Positions 21,702-36,000 of a DNA stretch of 64,000 nt are shown here, in pieces. Source of the DNA: Guillardia theta CCMP2712 (taxonomy: Eukaryota; Protista; Cryptophyta). Made by a program: the position numbers and the translations under genes. Numbering within the stretch: the stretch's first letter is position 1; each line of letters begins with the position of its first letter. A model generated the notes under the pieces. The model saw only the letters and a program-made list of their open reading frames with translations, did not search any database and was not told the DNA's origin. The stretch lies in the NCBI RefSeq assembly GCF_000315625.1, contig NW_005434500.1, forward strand, positions 1 through 64,000, written 5' to 3'.

Positions 21702-22700
21702 CTAAGAGCTGATCTCGTGGGAGGAGGATGCTTCAGAAGATGTCTGCAGAGATCTTGAGGCTATCTTGTTGGCTTCTTGTCGGAGCTCAGTCGGGGTCCA
21801 TCGGAAGCGATTCTGTTGCAGCGAGTGCTTCTCGTGTCTCAACCTCTCCACCGTCTCCTTCACACCAGCGATCTGCGATCGGTACTTGACTTTGAGTTGT
21901 TTTAGAGCTCGAATCTCCTGGCACGTCTGCAGCTCTTCTGCCGTAGCCTCACACGAGGATGCAGACAAGTCCTGCCCTTGTGCAGGTGGCTGCTGCACAT
22001 GCAGCTGGCAGTTTGTCACGTCAGTCTTCCGATGCTCGTGTGAGGTCTCAGAGGATGGTCGAAGGTCTGGAAGTGATGTCGACGTTGTTATCTCAGTCTT
22101 CTCACCCTGTACAATGATTGAATGAATTTGTCTCTCGAGCGCGAGCAGTTGTCTCGTTTGCTCCAAACTCTCGTTGCTCTGCTTGACTGCACTTGCAAGG
22201 CGATCTCGCGCGTTCGATCTGACCTGAATGTCCCTCCCCAGGGACTCCATCCTTGCCTTGAGCTCGAATACTCTGCTCCTTGCACTTTCAATCTTATCGT
22301 CGACGAAAATTTCCGAGCTGTTGAGACTCTGCACCTGACTTTGTAGTGTCCTCAGTTTTGCGGTGAGGTCTTGCTCGTTGTCTTTTGCTTCTTTGAGCGC
22401 AGCTTTTGTTTGTTGCAGCTCTTCTTCTAGATGCGAGAGCTTCTTTTCCAGCTCTACTTTCATACTTCGCCGCTGTTTCTGTGCTTTCTTCCGACTTGAT
22501 AGGTGACGATCTGAAAAATCTTCACTTCGGCTAGCAGCAGAATCTCTGCAGAAAAGGCCTCAGTTCTTCAGTAAAGCTTTTCACCGCTCACCTCTCGATC
22601 AACCACTTGAGAACCTTGGTTCGAGCTAGAGAATCTTTCACCCCCTCCTTCCTCGACCTGAGATCGCTCTGGCGCTGAAAGTCTCCGTCCTTCATCCCCT
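21702..22700 (-). CDS. Coiled-coil protein
   Basis: 253-aa heptad-rich ORF at 21702-22463, with probable upstream exons. Confidence 0.7.
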
Positions 22701-23369
22701 CCATAAGTCCCACTTGCATGCTGATCGATGTCACCAGGTGACCTGGCGCATCTGATGTTTCTCAGCCTCTAAGCGCTCCCAACCTTCACCGCTCACAGCG
22801 CGCTACTACCAGTCAGCGTCTGATCCACACACAGCATGTCAAACATCTCTCAGCCCGTCATGTTGCTGCGGCCATGCTTGCATGTCAAGTTTGCAGTTGA
22901 ACAGGCCAGCCAAGTTATCCCCCGAGCAGCCGTCTGACCGAGTCTTTGAGGATCGTACGAGAATACTACCATATCGATGGTGACCAACTTGCCTTGGAGT
23001 TCAGCCTGCGACTGACCGCATGAGGACCTAGAAACTTCGGTTCACTCGATGCTCGCAGAGGCTGCCGCTCCCTCCTCCGGTCAGATTTGATCAACCTGAA
23101 GTCGCACATCAACTTCTCCTTCATTATTCGCTTCTCGCTCTCTTCTTTCCCTTCTCTCCTACTCCTGTCTCTCACTGTTTCTCACTGTCTCTCACTGTCT
23201 CTCATCGCATCTCCCCTCATCTTCTATCACTGTCTCATTCCACTTGTCTCAGACCCAGACCGAACGTCAATGCCACTGAACATTCAACTCATAAATCTCA
23301 TCCTCAAAATCATGCATCGTGAGATTCTTGATCATCTCTTCCATTGCAAGGCTTCTTGCCCCCGTCCTC

Positions 23370-24730
23370 CTCAATCCTCCTCTGCTCTCCTCCTCAGTCA
23401 TCATCCGATCTTCTTCACTGCAACATCAACAGTCCTCCTCCTCTCCTCCTCAACTTCTCCTGAGGAGTCCTCTCCTACCCCTCGTCTTCCTCCTCCTTTT
23501 TTCTCCCCCCTCTCCTCCTCCTCCTCTTTCTCCTCCTCCTCTTTCTCCTCCTCCTCTTTCTCCTCCTCCTCTTCATAGCCTAGTAGAGTGCAGTCAGGCC
23601 CTCTCGTCTGCATTTTTGGCGCCAAGGTTGCCGGTAGAAATCGCAGCGATTCTGAAAGACCGTTACAAACGGTTGTAGACTTACCGTAGTTCCGAATAGG
23701 AGGCGAGTGGGAATGCATGGGAAGGAGAGGGAGAATGAGAGGAAAGGAGAAGAGAGGAGAGAGGAGAGGATAGAAGAATGGGAGGAGGATGAAGGAAGAG
23801 GAGAGAGGAGAGAGGAGAGAGGAGAGAGGAGAGAGGAGAGCGGCAGGAGAGGAGAGGAATAGAAGCATGGGAGGAAGAGAAGCATGGGAGGAGGAGGAGA
23901 AGGAGGAGGAGCAGGAGGAGGGGCAGGATGAGGAGGAGCAGGAGGGAGAGAGTCGTTGTCTGGTCGCTCATTTTTTCATGTTGAAGTATGGACGTCATTG
24001 ATCACGGGTACTTCGGCCTTGGTTTCCTCTCTGATTGCTCATCGTGATCGACATGGCGCGTGAAGCCTCATCCTCGCTACAGTCTAGGATGAATTCATCC
24101 CTGTCTTCTGACTTGGATGAGGTATGATAGAGCTGAGCACTGAAGGTAACATGACATGGTTGAGAACAGGTTGTGTTTGCACAGCACAACAGCGTGGCAA
24201 AAGAGCATGCTCTTCTTGCGCAGTACCATCAGCTCCTGCTCTTCTCCAATGCTTCCTTGCAGAGGACGAACTTGCTTGAGGTGATGGCAATCATCCACCA
24301 CCAACATCAGCAAGTCATCTTCCTCTTCATCCTCCTCATCCTCCTACTTTACGCATGGCTGTTAACTCTGATGTTGGCAGCGAAAACTACAAGACATGCA
24401 GCGATGGGTCAGTCCTGCACAACTTGTGGAGCTGTGGGACCAACTGGTGGACGAAGCAGAGGTAGAGGAAGGGACAGGGAGGCAGGGAGGAGACATCAAC
24501 GGGTGGAGGAGGGAAGGAGGAGAACAGCATCGGAGGGGGAAGCAGGGACGTGCCACAAGGTGAGACTTTACTGCGCAGGATTTTGGAGCAGAGCGGCTGG
24601 AGAAACTCATCGCACAATGCCAGAAATATGAGTAAGAAACCTCTACTGCTGCTGCCGTTTCTTCCAACCCTCCACTCCCTCCCCTCCGTCCCTCCTTTCG
24701 CTGTGCGCTCCCTCCACCCCATCCGCATCT
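23370..24730 (-). CDS. Possible multi-exon hypothetical gene
   Basis: Coding-like blocks between low-complexity tracts; model not resolved. Confidence 0.3.
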
Positions 24731-24771
24731 TTCACAATTGAGCTGATGCGTGCCTGTCCTGGTCCTCCTTC

Positions 24772-24971
24772 CCCTTCTCCTTCTCCTTCTCCTTCTCCTT
24801 CTCCTTCTCCTTCTCCTTCTCCTTCTCCTTCTCCTTCTCCTTCTCCTTCTCCTTCTCCTTCTCCTTCTCCTTCTCCTTCTCCTTCTCCTTCTCCTTCTCC
24901 TTCTCCTTCTCCTTCTCCTTCTCCTTCTCCTTCTCCTCCTCCTCCTCCTTCTCCTTCTCCTTCTCCTTCTC
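24772..24971. repeat. (CCTTCT)n microsatellite
   Basis: Directly visible. Confidence 0.95.
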
Positions 24972-25039
24972 TTCCGACACAAGAAGATCTCTATCTTTCA
25001 ACACAACTAAATCTTCATGTGACAACTCGCTCACTCCTA

Positions 25040-25996
25040 GGTCTGAAGCCAAGGAAGTAGCTCGCAAGGAGCATGCGGCCCTGCTCGAACTACAGGTATC
25101 CTGCTCTCCTGCTCTCCTGCTCTCCTGCTCTCCTGCTCTCCTGCTCTCCTGCTCTTCTACCTTCCCGCCCTCCTCCTCCCCTTCCCTTCCTTCGACCCAG
25201 ATCCTCCTGTACCTTTTCATCCTCTTGTCCAATCGCCTCTTGCTGCTGCACTACACGATCTGAGTGCTCCCTCCTCTAGCGCGAGAGCCGCATGCTGTGC
25301 GCAGAACGTGATGCCATCCTGTGCCAAGTCGCGCACATTCAAGTGCAGGTGAAGGAGGGGAAGTGGAGGATGAGGAGGAGACGTAGGCGGGGCCTTAGCG
25401 AGAAGCGGGGGAGGGAGTGGGAGTTGGATGGGAGGGGGGATGGGTTGAGCAAGAGGGAAGGGGAGGCGACAGAGGGTGGTGGGTAGAGGAGCAAAGAGAG
25501 TTTGTAATATTTGCGAGCAGGCGGAGGCTCTAGAGGAGCTGAAGGAAAGAAGTTTTGCTGTGCTCTCTCCTGACAAGACCCACGAAGGAGAGAGTTGCTC
25601 GCGCTCGTCCGCTCCTGCGACTAGCTGGCAAGACGAAGTCGGGGAAGCATCTGTGGAGGAGGAGAGGAAGCGGGAGAGAAAGGAGGACGAGGTCGAGGAC
25701 GAGGAGGACGAGGATAATTTCAAGATGGACTTCGAGGGAAACTTGGATCCCCTTGCTATGATCCAGCAGCTTGCGCTCTCGCAGCAAAGGGAGGAAGAGA
25801 TGAAGGGAGCCACACACAAGCAGGCAGAGCAGGGGAGAGGAGGAGCTGGGGGAGCTGGATCTGGAGCTGGCATTCGTGTTCGACCATCGCGTCCTCCTCT
25901 CCCAGAAGAATTGTTTCGACCAGTGAGAAAGAGTTTGCAAATGCCCGGAGTTGAACTGATCCGAATTTGTTTCCAGGTTCGGACTTCGAGACAAGA

Positions 25997-26087
<91 letters not shown>

Positions 26088-26105
26088 ACGATGGCGGCAG
26101 CGGCA

Positions 26106-26147
<42 letters not shown>

Positions 26148-29076
26148 GCAGCAGCAGCAGGTGAAGGAGAGGCGCTTACGAAGAAGCATTCCTGGTCAGC
26201 TCCTCTTTTGTTCTCTCCTCTCTCACTCTCCTCTGCAGGGCATCCAGCGAGTCTTCCAGCTCGGACTCGTCGACCAAAATTCAAGCTGGGGAGCAATCAG
26301 ATCAGACGTCAGACGCCTCCGCCGGCACAGGGGCGGCTCGCGCAGTGGGAGGAGGAGGAGGAGGAGGAAGAGAAGGGGACGGTAAGAGTCGTTTTCTTGC
26401 TTTCCATACACCTTGACCGGGGGATCAGGAGTACAAGGCACGGAGCACTTGCGGCGAGGAGGAGGAGGCAACAGAGAGGGGGAGGGGATCCGAGGGGAGG
26501 AGGATGGAGGAAAGAAAGCAGAAATGAGCAAGGGAATCGTCCCACAGCCCGTCGGGGACCTCGTGGAGCTTCTTTCCTCGAGCATGGAGGGAACAGTCAA
26601 GCAGGTCCGTTGACTTCCTCCTCCTCACTTTCTTCCTTCCATCGCCACTCCAACTCTTCTCTTGTTTCCTCCTACATTGCAGATACTTATTCATAATCTT
26701 CATAGTCTTCATAGTCTTCATTATCATCACCATACATTCATGATCTTCATCTTCATTACCATCACTGTTATCATCATCATCATCAACAACAACAACAACA
26801 ACATCATCATCATCATCTCCATCTCCATCTCCATCTCCATTATCTCTTCCTTCTCCTGCTTTTCCTCATCCTCCCTTATCAACCTGGCGTATTTCCGGCC
26901 CTGCAGCACCTGACCAGCCTCCTCAGGCTGCTATTGCGCTGGACAAGGCGCTCAAGACGCAAGAAGGGAGGGCCGCACTCCTTCGGCACCCGCAGGTGAG
27001 GGACAGGACAGGACAGGAAGGGGGGGGGGGGACAGGAGGGAGGAGGAGGACGGGAGGAGGACAGGACAGGACAGGACAGGACAGGAGGGGGAGCGGAGAG
27101 AAGGAGACGAGAGGAGGAGAGGAGGAGAAAGCTGGTGGAGCTGAAGAGGAAGTGCAGGGAGTGACTCGTTTGCTTCACCTCCTCTCCCACGAGGACGCTT
27201 CCATCCTCCGATACGGTGTTCGGGCTCTCGCGGCTCTGTCGCTGGATTCGCAGGGACGGAAGGTATTGCTCCTTTCGTAGTCTAGCCTCCCTCCCTCCCT
27301 CCTCCCTCCCTCCTCTCCCTCCCTCCTCTCCCTCCCTCCTCTCCCCCCCTACCTCCCTCCTCTCCCTCCCTCCCTACCTCCCTCCTCTCCCTCCCTCCTC
27401 TTTCCCTATTTCCTCCTCTTCCTCCTCTTTGCCCTCCGACGCCTCTGACACTGCTTCATCTCAGTTCATGATCCCCGACCTGCAGAGCCTCCGCAACATG
27501 GCGAGCCTGCTTCGGAGCAACGAGCAGGAGATCGTACAGTGAGCACAGACCACACCTCTCCTCCTTCCTCCTCCTTCCTCCTCCTTCTCCTTGTGTTTCC
27601 TCCTCCTACCTCTCTCCTCTCACTTGTAGCCTCAGGTGCATGTCGCTCATCCTCGGCAATCTCGTCCTGGACAAGAGCGGCAGGTCCCGCGTGCTTGATA
27701 GGCGAGTCCAACTGAGGTGGGAAGCTTGAGCTGAGAAACCTGAGCAGTAAAGAAGCAATTGACAACCTGGTGGAGCTGCTCTGGGCAAATGACGTGAAAG
27801 TTCAACGATACACCACAGGTCAACCATCTCCTGCTCCTGTTTTTCTGTCCTCCTCCTGCTCCTCCTGCTGCTCTGCTCCTCCTCTTTCTCCCCCTCCTCC
27901 TCCTGCTCCTCTTTCACCTCCTGCTCCTCTTCTCCTCCTTCTTCTCTCTCTCCTCACTTCTCGTTCCCGNNNNNNNNNNNNNNNNNNNNNNNNNNNNNNN
28001 NNNNNNNNNNNNNNNNNNNNNNNNNNNNNNNNNNNNNNNNNNNNNNNNNNNNNNNNNNNNNNNNNNNNNNNNNNNNNNNNNNNNNNNNNNNNNNNNNNNN
28101 NNNNNNNNNNNNNNNNNNNNNNNNNNNNNNNNNNNNNNNNNNNNNNNNNNNNNNNNNNNNNNNNNNNNNNNNNNNNNNNNNNNNNNNNNNNNNNNNNNNN
28201 NNNNNNNNNNNNNNNNNNNNNNNNNNNNNNNNNNNNNNNNNNNNNNNNNNNNNNNNNNNNNNNNNNNNNNNNNNNNNNNNNNNNNNNNNNNNNNNNNNNN
28301 NNNNNNNNNNNNNNNNNNNNNNNNNNNNNNNNNNNNNNNNNNNNNNNNNNNNNNNNNNNNNNNNNNNNNNNNNNNNNNNNNNNNNNNNNNNNNNNNNNNN
28401 NNNNNNNNNNNNNNNNNNNNNNNNNNNNNNNNNNNNNNNNNNNNNNNNNNNNNNNNNNNNNNNNNNNNNNNNNNNNNNNNNNNNNNNNNNNNNNNNNNNN
28501 NNNNNNNNNNNNNNNNNNNNNNNNNNNNNNNNNNNNNNNNNNNNNNNNNNNNNNNNNNNNNNNNNNNNNNNNNNNNNNNNNNNNNNNNNNNNNNNNNNNN
28601 NNNNNNNNNNNNNNNNNNNNNNNNNNNNNNNNNNNNNNNNNNNNNNNNNNNNNNNNNNNNNNNNNNNNNNNNNNNNNNNNNNNNNNNNNNNNNNNNNNNN
28701 NNNNNNNNNNNNNNAGGAGCGACAGCCATCCTGATCAAGATCTGCCTCGTCATCCTCATCCTCGCACTCGCCGCCTTCTTGTAAGATCGTCACGAGGAGG
28801 GGGGAGGAGGAGAGGAGGAGGAGGAGAGGAGGAGAGGAGGAGGAGGAGGAGGAGGAGGAGGAGGAGGAGGAGGAGGAGGAGGAGGAGGAGGAGGAGGAGG
28901 AGGAGGAGGAGGAGGAGGAGGAGGAGGAGACTGAAAGGCAGCTTGCGGCTGACGTGAGGGAGCAGAAGAATGCGGAGGTAGTGGATCGACTGATGGAGCT
29001 GAGGTCATCAGAGGACGTGACAACAGCGAGATACGCGTCTGCTGTCCTCCAGAACCTCAAAGTCAAATTCTCGTGA
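25040..29076 (+). CDS. Multi-exon protein with C-terminal Armadillo repeats; spans an assembly gap
   Basis: Exons GVTRLLHLLSHEDASILRYGVRALAALS, MASLLRSNEQEIV, AIDNLVELLWANDVKVQRY and VVDRLMELRSSEDVTTARYASAVLQNL; start uncertain. Confidence 0.7.
27970..28714. other. Assembly gap
   Basis: Run of N. Confidence 1.
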
Positions 29077-29542
29077 TGTTAAGCTGGATCTCGTTTCCTC
29101 ACTGGGCCCTCTCGCTCCCTCCGTCTTCCCCCTCCCCCTCCCTTCCTCTGTTCCCTTCCTCACACTCGTACTCTGCCTCCTACTCCCCTCCTTCCTTGTC
29201 TTCCCCTCTCTTTCCTTGTTCCTGCATCCTCCTCATTCTCTTCTCTCCTCGCTGCTCGTATGGTTTCAGTATTGTAGAGATTTCATTCTTATGCATGTCA
29301 AAACTCTCGGTAAACGTACAAGGCCAAAGGAGGGCAAGAGGGAGGGAGAGGGAGGCAGAGAGGGAGAGAGAGGGAGGGAGGGAGAGGGAGGGAGGGAGGG
29401 AGGGAGAGGGAGGGAGAGAGAGAGGGAGGGCAAGAGAGAGGGAGAGAGAGTGGGAGCAAGGGAAAGACAGAGGGGCAGAAAGAGAGAGAAGAGAGGATAC
29501 TGAAAGCCAGGAGGGGGTGCAGAAAAAGGAAGGGGAAGTGCA

Positions 29543-30003
29543 TCAGAGCAGGACGCGGTCAAGGCGTCGGAGGAGGGGCTGAACGTTGAAGGGAAAAGTC
29601 CCCTTGCTCCAGGCTCCTTGAAGTCTCGTCCTAGAGGAAGGCGTCAGGGCTTGAGGGCTTTCCCTGTCCTCTACCTCAAATCCTGCAGCAGCAGCTTCCT
29701 GTCCCCGGAGGAGGAGGAGGAGGAGGAGGAGGGTGAGGAGGTATGCTGCAGGTCCAGCTGGCGGAGGAGTACGACGAGAAATTCTGAGCAATTCATTGGT
29801 GTGAGTGGAAGAGGACGAGGAGGAGCAAGACGAAGAGGACGAGGAAGAGGACGAGGACGAGGAGCAGCAGCAGACCCAGCGCGTTAGTGTCAGGGGAGAG
29901 AAGAAGTTCGATGATGAAGCTGCTGTCTCCTGACCTGACCCGAAAGCAATGTGAGAAGCGGAACATCGATATGTAGGGGAGGAAAGAAAGAGAGGGAGGG
30001 AGA

Positions 30004-30047
<44 letters not shown>

Positions 30048-33000
30048 TTTGTTCGTACCACAAGGAGGTCAAGCTGTCAAGGATCTGCTGCGGTGAGATC
30101 TGATCTAGAAGTTCTTTGTTGCCTCCTTGCAACTTCTGCGATGACAGAAGCTCAAGTCCCCTGACTCTCTTTCAGACAAGCATCGGGAACAATCACCACC
30201 ACCGTTTCCTCTTCTTCCTCGTCCTCCTCCTCCTCCTCCTCCTCCTCAACCACCACCACCACCACCACCACCACCACCACCACTTCCTTGTGCACCTGCT
30301 CCTGCTCCTGCCCCTCCTTTTCGTGCTCCTTCCCCTCTCCTCCTGCCCTCCTCCGCATTTCTTCCCTCACCTTCTGTGAATCTCCAGGAGATCGAGCAAC
30401 CCGTCAATCAGACAGTCATCAGCGTCGAGCAGCCTGGGACAGAACTTGAGAAATTGATAGAAAACCAAGGAGGAGGAGGAGGAGGAGGAGGAGGAGGTGG
30501 TGGTGGTGGTGGTGGTGGTGGAGGAGGAGGAGGAGGAGGAGGAGAGAGATAGAGTGGGGATACGATTGAACATGATGAGGACAAGGGGAAAGAAACCACT
30601 CACACAGAAATGATCTTCTGCAACAGGAAGGAGCTAGAAGCGCGAGAGCCTTTCGTATCTTGAGAGCTCTTCTGTCGCTTTTGCGGCCTTCGGTTTGTGC
30701 TCTGCTCCTGCTCCTGCCCCTGCTCCTGCTCCTCCTTGCCATCTCTATCCTCGTTGTTCTCACTTTGGAGGATCCACTCTAGGTGCTGCAATGAGCTCAG
30801 AAGGCGTGTCGACCCGTTGAGCGGCTCCTCTGCCATCGAGGTAAGAATGAAAATGGAGTGAGAGAAGAAGAGAGGGAAGAAGAGGAGGAAGAGGAGGAGG
30901 AGGAGGAGCAAGGAGAAAACAAGCGAGACGGCAACCTTGTGTCTTTGCAAGGTCCATGCGAGTGACACGGAGGAGGAGGAGGAGGGAAAGGCATCGAGAG
31001 TTGAGCTGGACTCTGCGATCGAGGAGGGGACAAGAGGAGGAGACGCGGGCGGCAGAGGAAGGGAGGAGAGACTTGAGCTGCGTTCTGACCTGATGCTCGG
31101 AGTTAGGAAGGGAATGAGAGAGGAAGATCGAAAGAGAAAAGAAGGCAAGTGAAGAGAAGGAGCAACGGAGAGTAGAGCAAGAGGAGCAGGAGAACAAGGA
31201 GGATGGATTAGGGGAGGTGTGAGGGAGGCAGGAGGGGGAGGGGAGGGGAGTAGGAAGACTTGGAGAAGAGTGCGAGTAGGAAGAGTGGGAAGGGAAGGAG
31301 ACTGGAGGAGGAGGCGTTGTGGCGGGGATGACCTCCTCATCCTCGAGCACAGCAGCTGACTTGAGCAGCAGGGCGATAGTCTTCCTCCGGAGGAAGATGG
31401 CAGCAGAGTCACCGCAGTCGTCGAGGAAGCAGCGGGAGCGGAGGAGGAAGCAGACGGAGGGGAGGAGTGAAGGGAGGGAGAGGAGAAGCATCTTGTGTGC
31501 TCGATGCCCCACAGAGAGGAAGGAGGAGATCAGCTCGAGCCTGCCCCCAGTAGCTCCTCCAGCTGGGATCTCCTCCTCGTCCTCCTCCTCCAGCTTCCTG
31601 CTGGCCATGGCAGCTATGACGCCCATGGTCTGAGAGAGGAACCTGCGTGCTAATGTTGTGAACCTCCTCTGTCGCTCCCTCCCTTGCACACAACAGATCT
31701 GCTCATCGTCCTCCTCGTCTTCCTCCCCGTCGTCGTCGTCGTCGTCGTCGTCATCCTTTGCTTCATCGTCATGCACCTCATCTTCGCCTCCGTCTCCGTC
31801 TCCCTCCTCTTGCTCCTCCTCCTCCTCCTCCTCCTCCTCCTCCTCCTCCTCCTCCTCCTCCTCTTGGTCATTCTCCTGCTTCTGAACGATCAAGCTGTTC
31901 TTGAGTTCCCGCAATACACTCTCGAGCACCCGCATCTGCCAGCTAGAAACTCCTCCTGCTCCTGCCCCTGCCCCTCCTCCTGCTCCCTCCAGGTGCTTCA
32001 GGAAGTCGGACGCGAGCAGGCGGAGGATCGAAGTGACGTCATCAAGGAGGGGGGAGGAGGAGTCTGCTGCGAGAAGAGCGGCAAGCTTCATCCTGCTAAC
32101 AAGGATCTCTGCGACCACCTGGAGCAACACATGCTCTAGGACGCGGGGGAAGGGGCGAGCAAGCAAGGGGAGCAGGAGAGCAGATATCGATCTCCTTTTT
32201 TCCCTGCTCATCTTGACGGCATGCGCGCAGCAGAAGAAGCACCTGCAGACATGGGTGAGGAGGAGATAGCGAGGGCGGCCGCTCCTTCATACCTCCTTGC
32301 CTTCACCGCTCGGAGGAGCAAGAGGAGCTTGGAAAGCAGCACAGCACATTGATCGTAGTCATCTCCTGACCCTGGTCTCCTCTCCAGACACCAGCAGCAT
32401 TCTTCCAGGATCGCACAGATTTCTGCAGCAAACCCTCATCAATCCGGCAACAACCGTGAACCCTCCCTCCCCCTCCCCCCCCATCCCCCTCCCCCTCCCC
32501 CTCCCCCTCCTTTATCCTCCCTCTCCTCCCCCTCCCCTCTCGACCTTTGTCGCTTCCTCTCGTCTCTGAGATCTCCCCGTAGCTCTTCTGGTGCCCGCAG
32601 CCACATCTTCCTTTGCAACGACCACCCGACCTTGAGCAACGCGTCAGGTTCCTCCTCGACTTGCCCTTGCTCATACCCCTCTAGCAAGCTCCGAGCACGC
32701 AGCAAGTCCTCTCCATCTTGATCCAATCGGATGAATCCAACCAGATCAGCAAGGGGTGTACAGAGAAGCTCCTCCCATCCATCACGCCTCGCCTTTGGAA
32801 AACTTTCTGCTGGCACCTTAATCTCTCTTCCTTGATTGCCTTGCGACTGATGACGACGACTGTTCAAGTGCCTCGTTGCCTCCTTTCCCGCCGTCATGCC
32901 AAATCCATTTTTTATCCTCTCACATGCCATGAACCCGCTCTGTTCCCGTCATGGTTCGAGCAATTGAGCTCTGGGCCAATCTGCGAGGGTCTCACAGGAG

Positions 33001-33053
33001 CACCAAGACAACTTGACCTCTCGGATCATCGCATCATCTTCGACGTTCGTCAT
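29543..33053 (-). CDS. LINS1: Protein Lines homolog (Lines_N/Lines_C-like), multi-exon
   Basis: C-terminal RLQGAWSKGTFPFNVQPLLRRLD (Lines_C FPYNxxPLLR motif); DSSFIIELLLSPDT...EFLVVLLR; LLDADDCLIDGLLDLL; acidic insertions. Confidence 0.7.
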
Positions 33054-33199
33054 GGCACACAGCTTCTCTGCTCCTCTACCATGGACCCTCGTCGCTTGCT
33101 ACCTGCCTGCACACCATTTTCATCCCCGACAAACCGTTACAACATCGTTACTCGGATCAGTGGCCCTGCCGACCGGACCCGGTGCCATGGCCCGGTGAC

Positions 33200-33540
33200 T
33201 TGCGGGAAACCGAAACCGAAGCCCACCCACCCACCCACCCACCCATCGGAGATTCCTAGTGGGAAATACCCTCCTATTCTCCTTCAAGTACCCTACCTTC
33301 GGACCTCAACTTCTGTCCAAGTTTTCGGATAACCCTACCAAATATGGCACTGTGGATTGTTTACCTACCCCATGGGATTTACTTCATGACCCCTACTCTC
33401 TAGAGCGTGACTACCCCTCCTTCTGACCCCCTAGAGGAATGTACATCCCCTGTACATTTGAAAAGACCCCAATTACTCCCTTCCAAAGTACCGGTGCTCT
33501 TAGAAATTTTTATCACCCCTACCCCCTCGCTGAACCCACT
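33200..33540. other. ACCC-rich intergenic tract
   Basis: Repeated TACCC/ACCC. Confidence 0.5.
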
Positions 33541-34135
33541 GCATTTCGTCGTGCGCTATGGCTGAAGGTAATGTTGTTGGACTTGCGCTCGGCCTTGCTG
33601 CCCATGCTTTCTCCCATCATTATCATGATCATCATAATCATTATCATCATCCTCTGTGTTCTGTTGTGCATCCAATGTCTAATCATGAAAAGCCGAAATT
33701 CATCGATTGACTTTTCCTATCTAATTGTTCAGTATCTCTCACCATTCTTGCATCCCTGCGACGTGATCTGATCAAATGTGTCCTTTGCCATTTGATTCCA
33801 TCGTCCAAATGTGGATTTAATTGCAAGTTTATCGAATCCTTTCTGCCTCTCAATGCTCCTGTCTGTACAAACTATCTGCCACTCCTGACCTGCTTGACGC
33901 TCGTTTGATACATCTGGAAAGTATGCTGGGAGGTTTCTGGATCCTCTTTTCAACAACTATATCATTAGATTCATTTCTCCTCATTTCTGTCATGTCTCAC
34001 CATGTGTGGTGGGATATCAGTAACGTCTTACTGGATTCCTGCAAGCTGCTGTTTCAATTTTCCTGTTGCCCGTCCATATGACCTATCATCGTTTGCCAGC
34101 TCAATCCTAACATCCTTCTCGCAGAAGAAGTTGAG

Positions 34136-34571
34136 ATGAAACAGGAGACAGAGGAGACAGCTCCTGCTCCTGCTGAAGCTGGATCTGCTCCTGAAAACCT
34201 CGATCAGGTCGCTACACAGTCTCCTTGCCTCCTGGTCCTCTTCCCTTTCCCTCGCTTCTGTCCTTCACCCAGCCACACCTCAAACACCGCTTCTTTCTAC
34301 TCTCTAACTTTCTTGCTCTCAGGCAGCGATCGCTGAGAAAGCAGCAGTCGAGGCTCAAGAGAAGATTGACGCGCAAGCTCTTCCAATCCGAACCTATCTC
34401 GATCAAACTGTAGTTCCCATCCTCCTGCAAGGGCTCTCAGAGCTTGTTCGAGCAAGGTCTGCCCCTGTTGATTGCATCTTAGCATCCTCAAATACTTCTG
34501 CCAGGCCGGACGACCCAGTCGAGTATCTTGCAGCCTACTTGATGAAACACAATCCGAAGAACAAGAAATGA
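34136..34571 (+). CDS. DPY30: Dpy-30 homolog (COMPASS subunit); 3 exons: 34136-34207, 34323-34457, 34505-34571
   Basis: Spliced product contains [42 protein letters not shown]. Confidence 0.95.
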
Positions 34572-34884
34572 AATGCATCACATTGTTGACAAACTTGAGT
34601 GTGAGGTCTGCAAAATCTGGATTGCAGCACGAAAATCAGTCTACCAGCTCGTCAAAGGTTGTACATGTTCATGTCTGAGGACAGGCAAAATGATGTGTTC
34701 AAGACCACTTCCTCGATTATCGCCAACAGGGAATATTCAACAGTGGAATAAAAACAAAGGGTGATTGGCTGCAGCAACGGCTTTTTCTTTGTTTATTCGC
34801 GCTCGTTCAGACAAAAACGCAGCACCAGACACTTGGAGCTACTGTACACACGTGGACTCGAGGGGAGGTTGTGTCTGCCGCTCC

Positions 34885-36000
34885 TCATTCCCAGAGCCTT
34901 GAGAGCTCCTCACCATTGATAGACCATGCAGGCCACACAGCAAGCAAAAGAGCCTTAGTAGAAGTTGCGGGCATCCGACCGCAACTGCCATCCTCCTTTG
35001 GCTGGCTCATATCCCATGGCAGCCAGGAGCGGAGGGACCGCAAGGGCTGCATCAAGACAATGAGGGGCAACGAAGTGCAACAGGAGAATGCAGACCTTTG
35101 GTGGTGTGCGCATGCTGCACCTTGTCGTTGCTCTGGTGGTGGCACCAGAATTTGCGATCGCAGCTCATCCTGCTTCCTCCTCCCTTTCCACCCTGGTGAC
35201 GATGCCATCAGACAAGAATTAAGCACAAACAACAAAGCAACTTCACCTTGAGATCCTGGAACATTATCTTCAACTTGCCCCGTCAATCTGCGCAAGAACC
35301 GGTCATGTATCATGTAATACAGATGATGAGGGCAACTCTGAATTCGATTGTAGCAAAGGTTGCATCTGACCTACACTACCACAAAGAAATCTTGGCTGAG
35401 AAGGAGTCGTATTACGCAGTTAAACTCGAACCCCCTCTCAACTCTGATACCTCCATTTGCTATATTTCAATAATCATCCAGAAAAGACAACAAGGAATGT
35501 TCAAATGATGATGGAAGAAAACATTCGCAAAAAGTATGCCAGTGATGCCATCCCATCAATGCAAGTTCGTTCTTTCACATCCTATTTGCATGAGTCCCTA
35601 CTCAAGCTGAAATCGAAACATCTCTTAATTACACTCGAACATCATCTAGTTGCAGAAAACTTTGTCAGCGGCTGTGATTCTTAAGGTTTGTTCGTTCTCA
35701 TCGATCGCTGCTGCACGACCTGTGCTGCTATCATCCACCCTTCTCACCCACTCCCCTGCCTATCCTAGCCTCCAAATCTCCCTCCACTCGCAATCTCATC
35801 ATATCTAAGTATCTGCTTCCCTGTCCTTCCCTGACGGGCAACCCATTCAGCTCTCATTTCACTCCCTATCACCGATATCTCGCTACTGAACCATCAATGA
35901 CGCTTCATGAACTCCTCTCGTCTTCCTCCTGTACGATGCTCACTGGACTCGCAACCCATCTGTTTTAGCATCAACCCTCTCAAACTTCATCTCCTGCGTC
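34885..36000 (-). CDS. Possible multi-exon hypothetical gene
   Basis: Coding-like segments with GT-AG boundaries; no motif recognised. Confidence 0.35.

Noticed and set aside
24362-25232. Poly-R, poly-L, SP and EK repeat ORFs
   Set aside because: Translations of the (CCTTCT)n microsatellite.
27770-29066. Long ORFs containing X runs (also 36635-37363 and 56009-56553)
   Set aside because: Artefacts of assembly gaps.
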